The position numbers and the translations under genes were made by a program. Shown in pieces: positions 10,005 through 18,880 of a stretch of DNA of 58,553 bases (positions are counted from its first letter, which is position 1; each line of letters opens with the position of its first letter). The stretch is from a virus (taxonomy: Duplodnaviria; Caudoviricetes), in the IMG/VR virus record IMGVR_UViG_3300025000_000115, positions 1 to 58,553 of that record; one strand, 5' to 3'. The notes under the pieces were generated by a model that had not been told where the DNA came from, did not search any database, and saw only the letters and a list, made by a program, of their open reading frames with translations.

Positions 10005-10688
10005 TCACACCTCCTGTAGTGTTTCATGTTCGTCTATCAGGTCAACACCGTCAACGACTGTCAGTGGGTCAACTTCTCGAAGCAGACCGACAAGTATTTT
10101 ACTCACCGCTTTCTCGTCTGTCAGGCTGACATCTTTCAAACGACTCACCAGACGACTTATGACTCCTGCCATACTCTCTGCCTGTATGCTGTATCCTCGT
10201 TGAATAAACTTTTTCATCCTAATCATTGACCCACCTGCGTCTTCATCTCGCTGTGGGTAAGTATAGACTAATCGACGTGCTGCCAAATCAAAATAAAACC
10301 CCTCACTGACCACTGAAAACCATTTACCGCCATCAAACCAGATTGCAGCTTGACAGACTGTAAAATCAAATGACTCGATACATGTTACTGGGTCAGCGAA
10401 TAACCATCGTTTGACAAACTGCACAGGCAGGCGTGGGGGTGACAAAACTGTGGTAGCGTTTTTAGTTTTAAACAATCGCCCTTTACGTTCTTGTGACAAC
10501 TCCAGTGCGGCTAGATCTAGTATGTTTTCAGCAGTACCAAAAACATCAATATCAGAAACCTTACCGCAAGCAATGGTTTCCCGAATAAACCCTCCCGCAA
10601 CAATCAGTCGATGTTTTTTAATCAGACCAACCAAGTCTTTTGGAAGTCTGGCAACCACAAATCGTAAATCCCCTCGCGTCAGCTCCAT
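10005..10688 (-). CDS. Pol-beta-superfamily nucleotidyltransferase (poly(A) polymerase/CCA head-like)
   Basis: IVAGGFIR...SDIDVF and SFDFTVCQ motifs. Confidence 0.65.
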   Translation of the reverse strand: MELTRGDLRFVVARLPKDLVGLIKKHRLIVAGGFIRETIACGKVSDIDVFGTAENILDLAALELSQERKGRLFKTKNATTVLSPPRLPVQFVKRWLFADPVTCIESFDFTVCQAAIWFDGGKWFSVVSEGFYFDLAARRLVYTYPQRDEDAGGSMIRMKKFIQRGYSIQAESMAGVISRLVSRLKDVSLTDEKAVSKILVGLLREVDPLTVVDGVDLIDEHETLQEV

Positions 10689-10691
10689 CCG

Positions 10692-12389
10692 TTACCTCCC
10701 CCATTCGTTTCGTATTGGTCCTGCCGCCATGATTTGACTCACTGACTGAACAACTCGTGGTCGATGTCGCTCAAACTTAAAAGCTGCAAACAGATCGTAA
10801 GCATACGCCAACATATTCAGAATATCCGTGTGATAGACCGGAAAATTCTTCATTTCTTCAATCATCTTATCGCGGTAAACCGGGCTTATCGCGGTGCTGT
10901 ACCACAGTTTGCTGTTATTTAAGGGCCACTGTAGGGCTGACTTGACGCGTTGCTCCAATGACCTGTTAGCGGGACGCAATAACACCAGATTACCGTTCTC
11001 CACTGATAGTTTTCTGCCTTTCTTCTTCAGTGCCTCGGCAACGTGAATCTCGGTGGTGCTCAGACCGACCTTCTCAACGCCGAACTGCATTATCATACCG
11101 TTTCGCATGTACATTCGGATAATTGTCTCAATCGCCTCACTATGGGTCATCTGGTCGGCTATCAGGTCTTCCAGATACACGTCGCTGATACCCAAGTCGT
11201 CCTCGTCAAGTTCCAAATTGTTGGTGGCAGGCAGGATGCTGACTACTCCTATTGACCACATGTCACCCTGACCTTTACTGATGTTTGTGTCGTCACCGCC
11301 TGCCTGGTCAACTACGAAAAACTTAAAACGACCTTTCGGTAAGAACTCCGGTTCGATTGGTTGGAACATAACATAATCAAGTATCACATCGCCCTCCGGC
11401 GTGGGATTGCAGAGCTGCTGGCTATTTACGTGGCGAGTCACTTTAATACGTTGCCACGTTTCGGGGTCAAGCAGAACAGGCGTGCCGGTTATTGTGCCGT
11501 CATGAGTGGCAGGAATGACCCTTAATTTCCACATCGGCTTGCCTGGTATTACATTACCTTGCTCATCTTTGGTGTCGTCAAACTTCATGTCGCCAATACG
11601 TTTGATTGGTCCGACATGGTTGTAATACGTGCCAATGACCCGCCGTTTGTCTTTATCGCTGCCGGTGCCAAGATTGAAAATAGCCATCTCAAACTTGCTA
11701 AAAACATCAGTGAGCATCTTCGGACTCTTGGCAATATCTTCAGTCTCGGCGTCGTCCACGACAAGACGTTCAAAGTGTCTGCCTGTCGGTTGTCCTTCAG
11801 TTAGCCCGTAGGCCTCTATGGTGCTCTCGCCGCGTGATGCTGACTTGCGTTTGAAGACTAGCCCGTCGTCCTCACTCCATTTTGGCGACTCGACAGTGGG
11901 GTTCTCCCATAGAACGTCAGGAAAACCTTTTTTCAGGGTGACGGATTGCTCACACAGATTCTTGATTGACCGTAAGAATTTCTTGGCGGCAGGTCTGGCG
12001 TAAGCCAGTATACCGGTGCATTCCTCAGGATATTTCAGGTGATATTGCAGAGTTTCGGCAACTGTGATGATCGCACTTTTCCAATGAAACCTGGCCCACA
12101 CGTCCAGCGTGTCAGATTGCGGGCCGTCCTGAACCATATGACACTGGCCGACGACGAAGGGGTGATTGGCTTTCTCGATTCCCTGGATGAACAGCAGGAT
12201 GAAGAACAGGTCGTTGAGTACTAACTTGCGCAATATCGACTTGGCAAACGACTCTTTAGTCGCTGCCGGTTGGCGTGCTATGTCGGCAAATATCTTCTCG
12301 TAATCGTACCGATACCAAGTGAGGTGGATCGCCGGGTCGAAGAGCGACTTCCTGACGGCAATCTGTGGATGCGGGACGAAGGTGATCAC
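10692..12389 (-). CDS. terL: Terminase large subunit
   Basis: ARFHWKS (deviant Walker A), TGRHFERLVVDDAE (Walker B), RVIGTYY, VVDQAG nuclease, EMKNFP..HTDILN; likely GTG start at 12389 overlapping upstream TGA. Confidence 0.85.
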   Translation of the reverse strand: MITFVPHPQIAVRKSLFDPAIHLTWYRYDYEKIFADIARQPAATKESFAKSILRKLVLNDLFFILLFIQGIEKANHPFVVGQCHMVQDGPQSDTLDVWARFHWKSAIITVAETLQYHLKYPEECTGILAYARPAAKKFLRSIKNLCEQSVTLKKGFPDVLWENPTVESPKWSEDDGLVFKRKSASRGESTIEAYGLTEGQPTGRHFERLVVDDAETEDIAKSPKMLTDVFSKFEMAIFNLGTGSDKDKRRVIGTYYNHVGPIKRIGDMKFDDTKDEQGNVIPGKPMWKLRVIPATHDGTITGTPVLLDPETWQRIKVTRHVNSQQLCNPTPEGDVILDYVMFQPIEPEFLPKGRFKFFVVDQAGGDDTNISKGQGDMWSIGVVSILPATNNLELDEDDLGISDVYLEDLIADQMTHSEAIETIIRMYMRNGMIMQFGVEKVGLSTTEIHVAEALKKKGRKLSVENGNLVLLRPANRSLEQRVKSALQWPLNNSKLWYSTAISPVYRDKMIEEMKNFPVYHTDILNMLAYAYDLFAAFKFERHRPRVVQSVSQIMAAGPIRNEWGR

Positions 12390-12574
12390 GCGGGTCGCTC
12401 TGGTGTGGTGCCTGCCAGCGCCTGTGCCACCACATCTCGTAGCCACACTCCCAGGTCCTTCCCTGCTGCTGCGGCGTGGCGGCGTGCTAGTGTGGCCTGG
12501 TCGCTGCTGACCTTGCAACAAATAGTGACGTTGTAGGCTTCTTGGCTGTTCTTCTGCTGTCTGAGTCGTGTCAC
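12386..12574 (-). CDS. Small putative ribbon-helix-helix DNA-binding protein
   Basis: VTICCKVSSDQATLARRHAAAAGKDLGVWLRDVV; GTGA coupling. Confidence 0.45.
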   Translation of the reverse strand: MTRLRQQKNSQEAYNVTICCKVSSDQATLARRHAAAAGKDLGVWLRDVVAQALAGTTPERPA

Positions 12575-12795
12575 GTCCGATACCTCTCTGCTATTTGCTG
12601 AATGCACTCGTCTATTTGGTCACATAGTTCCTTGCTGCCGGGTAGCCAGAGGATTTCTCGTTCGGGTAGTGTGCTGCCAGGGGTGACTGTCCACCTGACG
12701 GGCTGACAGGCCATTATCTTTGCCTTCATTTTAACCCACGGGTCTATCTCTTCCAGATAATCGCGGCGGCGCTGGTACGCCTTGTCGGGTGTCAC
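12571..12795 (-). CDS. Hypothetical protein
   Basis: GTGA-coupled ORF. Confidence 0.5.
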   Translation of the reverse strand: MTPDKAYQRRRDYLEEIDPWVKMKAKIMACQPVRWTVTPGSTLPEREILWLPGSKELCDQIDECIQQIAERYRT

Positions 12796-13124
12796 TCTGC
12801 CTCCCAACCGTACTGGTAGTCGCCGCAATTATAGCAAATCACACCTCCAGGCGACAGCATAAAAATATGGCACCCGCATCCACACGCCCAGGCGACAGTC
12901 GGTTCACACGGATACCGAAGTAGTGCTTTATCAGTGCCGCATTCGGGGCAAGTCAGGTGGATGGTTCCTACGGGTGCAACTGCTACAAACTCGTGCTCAC
13001 ACTGAGTACAAAACGCCTCGCCTGCCAGATGAGGCCCACGTTCAATTGCTGTTGGAAAATGCATTAACTCGCCCATCTGTGTGCCTCCACCGTGTGCATA
13101 CCTTACTGCCTGATGGTGTGTCAA
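12792..13124 (-). CDS. Cys-rich zinc-ribbon protein
   Basis: CTQC, CPEC, CGCGC, CYNC. Confidence 0.6.
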   Translation of the reverse strand: MTHHQAVRYAHGGGTQMGELMHFPTAIERGPHLAGEAFCTQCEHEFVAVAPVGTIHLTCPECGTDKALLRYPCEPTVAWACGCGCHIFMLSPGGVICYNCGDYQYGWEAE

Positions 13125-13702
13125 GGGGTTTTATTGGTGACGGCTGCCGCTCGCTTACATATCCGATAGACTGTCGCCACACCAATGCCCAGGTCATCAG
13201 CTATATCCTTGTGAGGGATACCCTGCCGCCGCAGTGCCAGTACCTGTGGGGTCGCTGCGTCCCTGATTACTGGTGCTTTGCCTTTATACACGCCAGCTGC
13301 TTGTGCTCGCTTGATACCCTCACCTTGTCGCTCCAGCATAATCTCTCGCTCGAATGTAGCGACTGCCCCCAGGATGGTGAGCATCAGTTTGCCGGTCGGG
13401 GTGGCGGTATCCAGATTGATGTTGAGGATGCGGAAGGCCACACCTTTCTTTTCCAGTATGTCCACGATTTGTAGTAGGTGTTTAGTACTGCGGGCGATAC
13501 GATCCAGTTTACAGACGGTGAGCGTATCGCCTTTTTGACAGTACGCCAGTGCTCGTGCCAACTCAGTTCGTGAGTCGTCTGCGCCTGATGCTTTTTCTTG
13601 GTACACTTGATCACACCCTGCGAACTGTAGCTGTTGCAATTGAATGTCTAGTGATTGGTCGTTACTGCTAACTCTTGCGTATCCTACTGATTTGACGCTC
13701 AT
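13121..13702 (-). CDS. Small serine recombinase (resolvase/invertase) with C-terminal HTH
   Basis: GYARVSS, EKASG, KLDRIARS, FEREIMLERQGEGI, IADDLGIGVATVYR. Confidence 0.95.
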   Translation of the reverse strand: MSVKSVGYARVSSNDQSLDIQLQQLQFAGCDQVYQEKASGADDSRTELARALAYCQKGDTLTVCKLDRIARSTKHLLQIVDILEKKGVAFRILNINLDTATPTGKLMLTILGAVATFEREIMLERQGEGIKRAQAAGVYKGKAPVIRDAATPQVLALRRQGIPHKDIADDLGIGVATVYRICKRAAAVTNKTP

Positions 13703-14020
13703 GGTAGACCCCCTGTGATTTATCTGTCTCAGAGTCTAGTTTATCATTCAAAGCATGTCAAGTGATAATGTAGCCTGTTTGTAAAAAATGTGTCGCAGCG
13801 GGAGGGTGGGGCGGCGGGCGCTGCGGCGGCGATAAAAAAATGGGCCGTACGCCGGTCCCCTGGCTCATTAGAATATTATCATTAGAGTCTACTCATTAGA
13901 CAGACATTAACCGACAAACCTTAACAATACTATATAGTTAGACCCCCACCCCCTACTGATAGACAATCCTTTGGGGATACCTCATTGATAATTGATGACG
14001 CAGGGGGGTCTGTTTATTCT

Positions 14021-14113
14021 CCTGGCCGCCTGCCGCCTGCCGCCTGGCCGCCTGCCGCCTGCCGCCTGCCGCCTGCCGCCTGCCGCCTGCCTGTCCTCCC
14101 GCCTGCCGCCTGG
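14021..14113. repeat. 7-mer tandem array (CCTGCCG)n, about 11 copies with variants
   Basis: Read directly from sequence. Confidence 0.9.
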
Positions 14114-14118
14114 AGCTG

Positions 14119-14607
14119 TCACTCGTAATCATCCAGCCTAACCGGCATAAAATCTTTCAGATCACCGTTCAGGTTGACGTTCTGTCTGACAACTGGCTCC
14201 GCTCGATCAAATACCATTGCAGCCGCCTGAAGCTTATTAGTGTGGGTCGGTGCAATTGTCTCAACGATTTCAATTACTTTACCATCCCTATGCAATTTTT
14301 GCGTAGTTATCTTGTCTGCCTTGCCGGATAATGTATCCTTAACAACTTTATGGGCTAATTTGACCATGGAAGGCCGCTGGAGACTGTACCGGGCCGCCTT
14401 CTGTCGTATCTCCATCACTGCTGTCCGTCCTGGTGACGGGTTCCCAGTAGCTAATTTTAGGGCTTCTTTCGGATCAACTCCATGATTTACAATGAGTTGG
14501 CAGGCTCGTTCTGTTTTCTTATACATACGTGGCGAATTTCCGCCACTAGGTGGCGAATTTCCGCCACTAGCAAACAATCCATCAGGGTCAAACGAGTTAT
14601 CATCCAT
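14119..14607 (-). CDS. Probable terminase small subunit
   Basis: N-terminal helical ACQLIVNHGVDPKEALKLA; C-terminal KLQAAAMVFDRA; upstream of terL. Confidence 0.55.
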   Translation of the reverse strand: MDDNSFDPDGLFASGGNSPPSGGNSPRMYKKTERACQLIVNHGVDPKEALKLATGNPSPGRTAVMEIRQKAARYSLQRPSMVKLAHKVVKDTLSGKADKITTQKLHRDGKVIEIVETIAPTHTNKLQAAAMVFDRAEPVVRQNVNLNGDLKDFMPVRLDDYE

Positions 14608-14698
14608 TTTAGTTGCCTCCTGGCGATATGATCACAGTATATACCGCTGTCGGGTGTCGGTGTCAAGGGCGCTGTGGGATACCCGGAAGGTGTACAAA

Positions 14699-14985
14699 TG
14701 TAAACACCTGTAATAATTGATTTACCCAATTACCTGAAAAGTCAGGGGTATTGTAAACACCTGTAATAATTGATTTACCCAATTACCCCAATACCCTGAA
14801 CGGTGTCCAATACCCCCTCTATAACTGAATATTGTATGTAATAGTAGTAGCTATATGTATAATACTCTCTCTCTCTCTTTATAATTCAAGTAAAGGGTAA
14901 TAAAGGGTATCGGGGTAAGTGAATAAATACAATAAGTTAGAAAAATGGTAATTGGGGTATTTTTGAGGTAATAACGGGTATTTTT
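14699..14985. other. Putative replication origin: 36-bp direct repeat plus convergent TACCC/GGGTA motifs around an AT-rich core
   Basis: Repeat at 14699-14734 and 14752-14787; mostly TACCC left and GGGTA right of AT-rich 14820-14890. Confidence 0.55.
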
Positions 14986-15024
14986 AACAGTGTAGGGCTG
15001 CTGGCTGCTGGCTGCATACTATTA

Positions 15025-15053
15025 TTGACATTAACCATAAAAGTATATATCCT
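15025..15053 (+). promoter_or_regulatory. Sigma70-like promoter facing the small-gene block, no convincing ORF downstream
   Basis: TTGACA-17 nt-TATCCT. Confidence 0.45.
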
Positions 15054-15243
15054 TAAAAGTGTAATATCCTTATCACCCTCCGGTGTTTACGTGTTACAAT
15101 TGCCGGGATGCTGGTTTTCCTGGTGGCTGTCCTCGGTGTGGTAGGGTTGGCGGGCTATAAGGCAGGATGCCGGGCGGCTGTGGTGTCGCCCGGCATTGTG
15201 TGTGGTGGGTTTATGGGGTGGGGCGTGTGGGTCGGTGTGGCTG

Positions 15244-15450
15244 TCAGGCGTCGGTGTATACTAAAATAGTTCCTTTGCTTTCTAATATTCTCGCGTCATA
15301 TTCTGAACTGTATTCCAGCAACCATCTTTCCCCATCTGCTGGCGTTATAGAATCAAAGAATAATTTAGCCTCTGTATAATCGTCGAATCGTGAAACATTA
15401 TCGTAAAATGGATCATTATTAACCACTATTTCTCTTTCTACGTGTAACAT
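15244..15450 (-). CDS. Hypothetical protein (MLHVEREIV...)
   Basis: Start defined by repeated leader ACAGGAGGGCACAGGGGATG. Confidence 0.6.
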   Translation of the reverse strand: MLHVEREIVVNNDPFYDNVSRFDDYTEAKLFFDSITPADGERWLLEYSSEYDARILESKGTILVYTDA

Positions 15451-15481
15451 CCCCTGTGCCCTCCTGTCGTGTAGCGTGTGG

Positions 15482-15685
15482 TTACCAGGCGTCGTGCTCC
15501 TGGTCCTGGGTGCCGATGTGTTCTCTATAAATCTCCCCGTTTTTAAACCATGTGACTGATTCTCCTGCTGCTCTGCCATAATTAGCAATAGACTGTTTTT
15601 TATACTCTCCGTATGTCTGCATTGCCTCTTTAAGCAGATTGCCTCTGTAAACCGTTCCTATGTTTCCAACTATTATTTCATTCAT
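15482..15685 (-). CDS. Hypothetical protein (MNEIIVGNIG...)
   Basis: Same repeated leader. Confidence 0.65.
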   Translation of the reverse strand: MNEIIVGNIGTVYRGNLLKEAMQTYGEYKKQSIANYGRAAGESVTWFKNGEIYREHIGTQDQEHDAW

Positions 15686-15933
15686 CCCCTGTGCCCTCCT
15701 GTCGTGTAGCGTATAGTTGCGTGGGCGTCGTGCTTTGCCCGGTTCCAGAGAATCCTGGCGGTGCTCAGGTCTGGTAACTCCGACCAATAAGCGGCGAACG
15801 TTTTAACCTGCTGCATGAATAAATGACTGATGAGCTGGCGGCGTGCCGGTGGGCTGTGTCGATATGCAGGCGGCGGACTGCCGCCTTGCCAGCTTATGGG
15901 CTGCGGTGGTATGTAGGTGTCGGGTAATTTCAT
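15682..15933 (-). CDS. Hypothetical protein
   Basis: ATGA-coupled ORF. Confidence 0.5.
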   Translation of the reverse strand: MKLPDTYIPPQPISWQGGSPPPAYRHSPPARRQLISHLFMQQVKTFAAYWSELPDLSTARILWNRAKHDAHATIRYTTGGHRG

Positions 15934-16427
15934 GGTGTGTCACCGTGCAAGCAAGATTCATCCCCGCTGTCAATCTCGTCTAAACAATACGGACCTGGTT
16001 CGCTGTCGTTAATTGACCACGATGCACCACAAGCGTTACAGGTGGCAAAGTGCTGCCCGTGCTCGTAAAATACTGTTACTGCCTCGTGGTTGTGTGTCTC
16101 TCCCGAGTCCTTTAACCAGTCGGAAATATCATCAGTTGCTTCTGGGTCTTCCGTGCTCGGTGGTATATCATACATCTCTCTGCATTCGCGGGCGGCTTCT
16201 TCCTCGGTGTCATAAGGTCCGCTCCAATCTGTGCAATCAAGATAGCCTGGTTCTGACAATCTACTGAACCATCCGAAAACGGTTTCAACGTCTTCCGGTT
16301 CTACTCCGTAGGCTTCTGCCGCCTCTTCGTTGCCTGGATACTCGGTATACTCTTCAGGGGTTAATATATCGCCTTCAGGGGTGTTATTGATCCTCTGAAA
16401 ATGTCCGTGATATGTTTGCACTTGCAT
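15930..16427 (-). CDS. Acidic hypothetical protein with CxxC
   Basis: CCAGGAGGC RBS; GWFSRLSEPGYLDCTDWSGP. Confidence 0.65.
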   Translation of the reverse strand: MQVQTYHGHFQRINNTPEGDILTPEEYTEYPGNEEAAEAYGVEPEDVETVFGWFSRLSEPGYLDCTDWSGPYDTEEEAARECREMYDIPPSTEDPEATDDISDWLKDSGETHNHEAVTVFYEHGQHFATCNACGASWSINDSEPGPYCLDEIDSGDESCLHGDTP

Positions 16428-16497
16428 GGTGTTGCCTCCTGGGCTGTTGTGGTCTATCCTCTATGCCATATAATGGCGGCAATGATCAGTACTATAA

Positions 16498-16908
16498 TTA
16501 ACTCTGGCATGGCGGTTGCTCCGTTCGGACATGGATCACAGCAACGTCAATCAGTCGCTTGTCCGGTAACTCGAATAGAATCGAACTGGTGAAGCAGCTC
16601 CGGCGCTTGCCTGCTATGGATACCCAGCCTTCCAGACAATAACCTGATTGTCTAGGCGCTGTTATGGTTCGATCACCGTGCAGCGTGTACGTGTTTACAT
16701 AGTCATAACCTGCTGCGCCTGGCTTCCATGTGGCTGTGGTGGCAAGTGCTTTATAGCTTCTGATAATTGACCACGGGCCGGTGGTTACAATCTCGCCTCG
16801 GCGTTCTCCTGCTGCTATTGCTTCGGAGCCGAATAATGAGAGTGCGTCGGCGTCGCTGATTGGTGTTGCGCCTGGCTGCGCTTTTAATGTTAGTGGTTGC
16901 TGTCTCAT
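16498..16908 (-). CDS. Hypothetical protein
   Basis: CCAGGAGGC RBS. Confidence 0.6.
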   Translation of the reverse strand: MRQQPLTLKAQPGATPISDADALSLFGSEAIAAGERRGEIVTTGPWSIIRSYKALATTATWKPGAAGYDYVNTYTLHGDRTITAPRQSGYCLEGWVSIAGKRRSCFTSSILFELPDKRLIDVAVIHVRTEQPPCQS

Positions 16909-16930
16909 GGTATGTGGCCTCCTGGTGCTG

Positions 16931-17419
16931 TTACGATTGTATTATTTTAACTTTTTTATGGCCTAATATGTCTCGGCAAATATCAGTCAGTGCGTCTTCC
17001 ATTGCTCGGCTACCGCATCCGCCTATACGCGCTTTTCGTTTATAATCAATAGGTGTTACTTCCGTTTTTCCTGTCGTTCCGTTCCAGTGGCTTTCTGTTC
17101 GCTGCTTGCCTGATTTGTATGGTGTGCCGAATAATTCGATACCTGCTGATGTAATGGCTTCCTGTAATGCTGCTGATTCTTTGTGATATCCCCAGCCTCC
17201 TGCATTGCCTTTACCTGATGCACCATTATTACCGTGTAGCCACAGGCAACAATACACCACGCTGGCGTTACTGGATCGGGACATGTAAAACCGGGTAACG
17301 GCAAGTTCTTTTATCTCCCCTTTTATCACTGTCAAGGCTGTCAATGTATTAATTACTTCTTTGCTGTTAGCGGGCTGCTGTGCGTTAAACTGGTTGGCTT
17401 TGGTTCGGATAGCTTTCAT
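16931..17419 (-). CDS. Hypothetical protein (GKGNAGGWGYHKESAAL motif)
   Basis: AAGGAG RBS, long ORF. Confidence 0.65.
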   Translation of the reverse strand: MKAIRTKANQFNAQQPANSKEVINTLTALTVIKGEIKELAVTRFYMSRSSNASVVYCCLWLHGNNGASGKGNAGGWGYHKESAALQEAITSAGIELFGTPYKSGKQRTESHWNGTTGKTEVTPIDYKRKARIGGCGSRAMEDALTDICRDILGHKKVKIIQS

Positions 17420-17438
17420 TGTGTAGGCTCCTTGTCTG

Positions 17439-17690
17439 TTAGAATGGAAAATATTTAGCTGTTAAGCGGTCGCGCCACTGGTTAAAAGTCAAGCTGTCTA
17501 TTGTTCGCAGATATGTTGCGTATAAAGTTGGACCGATGCGGGCCGTATATTCTGCACCTTCCTTGTAAATGTTAAAACCCGACATATTGCAGGCGTACCA
17601 TAAATAAAATAACAGTTCTGCCCTGGTCTTTGGGTAACGCTCCCCGGTGCGTTCTATCTGCTCGGCTGCCCAGTGTGTACGGCGTGTCAT
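17439..17690 (-). CDS. Hypothetical protein (MTRRTHW...)
   Basis: AAGGAG RBS before internal ATG. Confidence 0.55.
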   Translation of the reverse strand: MTRRTHWAAEQIERTGERYPKTRAELLFYLWYACNMSGFNIYKEGAEYTARIGPTLYATYLRTIDSLTFNQWRDRLTAKYFPF

Positions 17691-17772
17691 GGTATGTTGG
17701 CTCCTTATAGTAAGATAATAACGGCGATAACGTAAAATATAACGGCTGCGAGTGCTGCCTGTAGTATTATGT

Positions 17773-18240
17773 TCACAGTTCCCATATTCTACCGTCCTCC
17801 CATCCGAATGAATACCGGCGAAAAGTTTGCAGCTCTTTAAAATGGTTATCTCTGCGGGCCTCAATATTTGCGAAAGATAAACCGGTATCCTCTTCCACGA
17901 TATAACATGATCGGGCTTTATAGTGCCGCTCGTTGCCACTGTTAAAATAATTAAAGCTGTTTTGCGGGCTAATTTTATAACCGAGTTGGTGCAGGCGGTT
18001 TGTCACTTCCTCGGTTGTCAATAGTTGCATTCCTGCATGGATCATAACGAATGCTTCCAGCTCTGTTTCGTCGTTATATGGTCCCCTGATATGTGCAGCG
18101 TGTGTGTCGCCTTCTGCTATACATATAATCCGGTGTTCTTCCTGGGCGTCGGGAAGCGTCGTTTTGCAGGCTATAATGTGCCGAGGGTCAACTGGTTTGC
18201 CAAAATTCAGCGGTTTAGTTATCAGGTATATTGCATTCAT
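17773..18240 (-). CDS. Hypothetical protein
   Basis: GAGGAGG RBS, ATGA coupling. Confidence 0.6.
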   Translation of the reverse strand: MNAIYLITKPLNFGKPVDPRHIIACKTTLPDAQEEHRIICIAEGDTHAAHIRGPYNDETELEAFVMIHAGMQLLTTEEVTNRLHQLGYKISPQNSFNYFNSGNERHYKARSCYIVEEDTGLSFANIEARRDNHFKELQTFRRYSFGWEDGRIWEL

Positions 18241-18428
18241 ACTGTCCTCCTCATGGCGTGTGCGTGTCTGATGGTCTGCGGGTGTCTGCCTGTCTCCAGT
18301 GCTGTCCAGATATGATTCATGGCGGCGTCAAGGGTTGCTTTCATTGCCTGGAGTCCTCCCCGGTTATACGCTCTGTCTGCGAGTCGGTTTAATATGCGGG
18401 CCTGGTATTGGGTGTCAGTGTAACGCAT
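18237..18428 (-). CDS. Hypothetical protein
   Basis: CCAGGAGGC RBS. Confidence 0.55.
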   Translation of the reverse strand: MRYTDTQYQARILNRLADRAYNRGGLQAMKATLDAAMNHIWTALETGRHPQTIRHAHAMRRTV

Positions 18429-18461
18429 GGTGTGTGCCTCCTGGTGGTGTGTGGCGTGTGG

Positions 18462-18659
18462 TTATGCAGCGTGATTATTGATTGCGTCTGCAATTATTTC
18501 GGCGCTTAGTTTATTTTTTGCAGGGATATCAGAAAAATAATCATTCATATCAAGAAACCTTACGTTATAAACAATACTATTGTCAGTAAGTCTTACTTCA
18601 ACAACTTCCGCGACATTATGACTTGTTACTCTAATCGACTGGTGATTTGTCTTTGCCAT
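18462..18659 (-). CDS. Hypothetical protein, first gene after promoter
   Basis: CAGGAGG RBS. Confidence 0.6.
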   Translation of the reverse strand: MAKTNHQSIRVTSHNVAEVVEVRLTDNSIVYNVRFLDMNDYFSDIPAKNKLSAEIIADAINNHAA

Positions 18660-18700
18660 TTGCTGCCCTCCTGTTTGTATTTATTCCCGTCTATGATTAC

Positions 18701-18731
18701 CAGCATACAGTAATTTGATTATATGTCAACA
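18701..18731 (-). promoter_or_regulatory. Duplicated sigma70-like promoter, copy A
   Basis: TTGACA-16 nt-TATGCT; 29/31 identical to 22515-22545. Confidence 0.75.
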
Positions 18732-18776
18732 AAATAATCTAAATTATTTTAGCGGGTGGATCGGCTCCAGCCTGGG

Positions 18777-18880
18777 GGCTCCTGGCTCCTGGCTCCTGGC
18801 TCCTGGCTCCTGGCTCCTGGCTCCTGGCTCCTGGCTTTTGGCTCCTGCTCCTGGGGGCGGGCCTGGGGGCTCCTGCTCCT
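18777..18880. repeat. 7-mer tandem array (GGCTCCT)x8 plus degenerate copies
   Basis: Read directly from sequence. Confidence 0.9.

Noticed and set aside
12390-12521. N-terminal 44 aa of the 609-aa terminase ORF
   Set aside because: Overlaps an upstream coupled gene; GTG at 12389 is the more plausible start
14699-14787. 36-bp direct repeat as a mini-CRISPR array
   Set aside because: Only two copies, a 17-nt spacer, no cas operon, and it is embedded in iteron-like motifs
18695-18715. LexA SOS box in the duplicated promoter (TACTGTATG)
   Set aside because: Half-site only; no CAG at the CTG-N10 position in either copy
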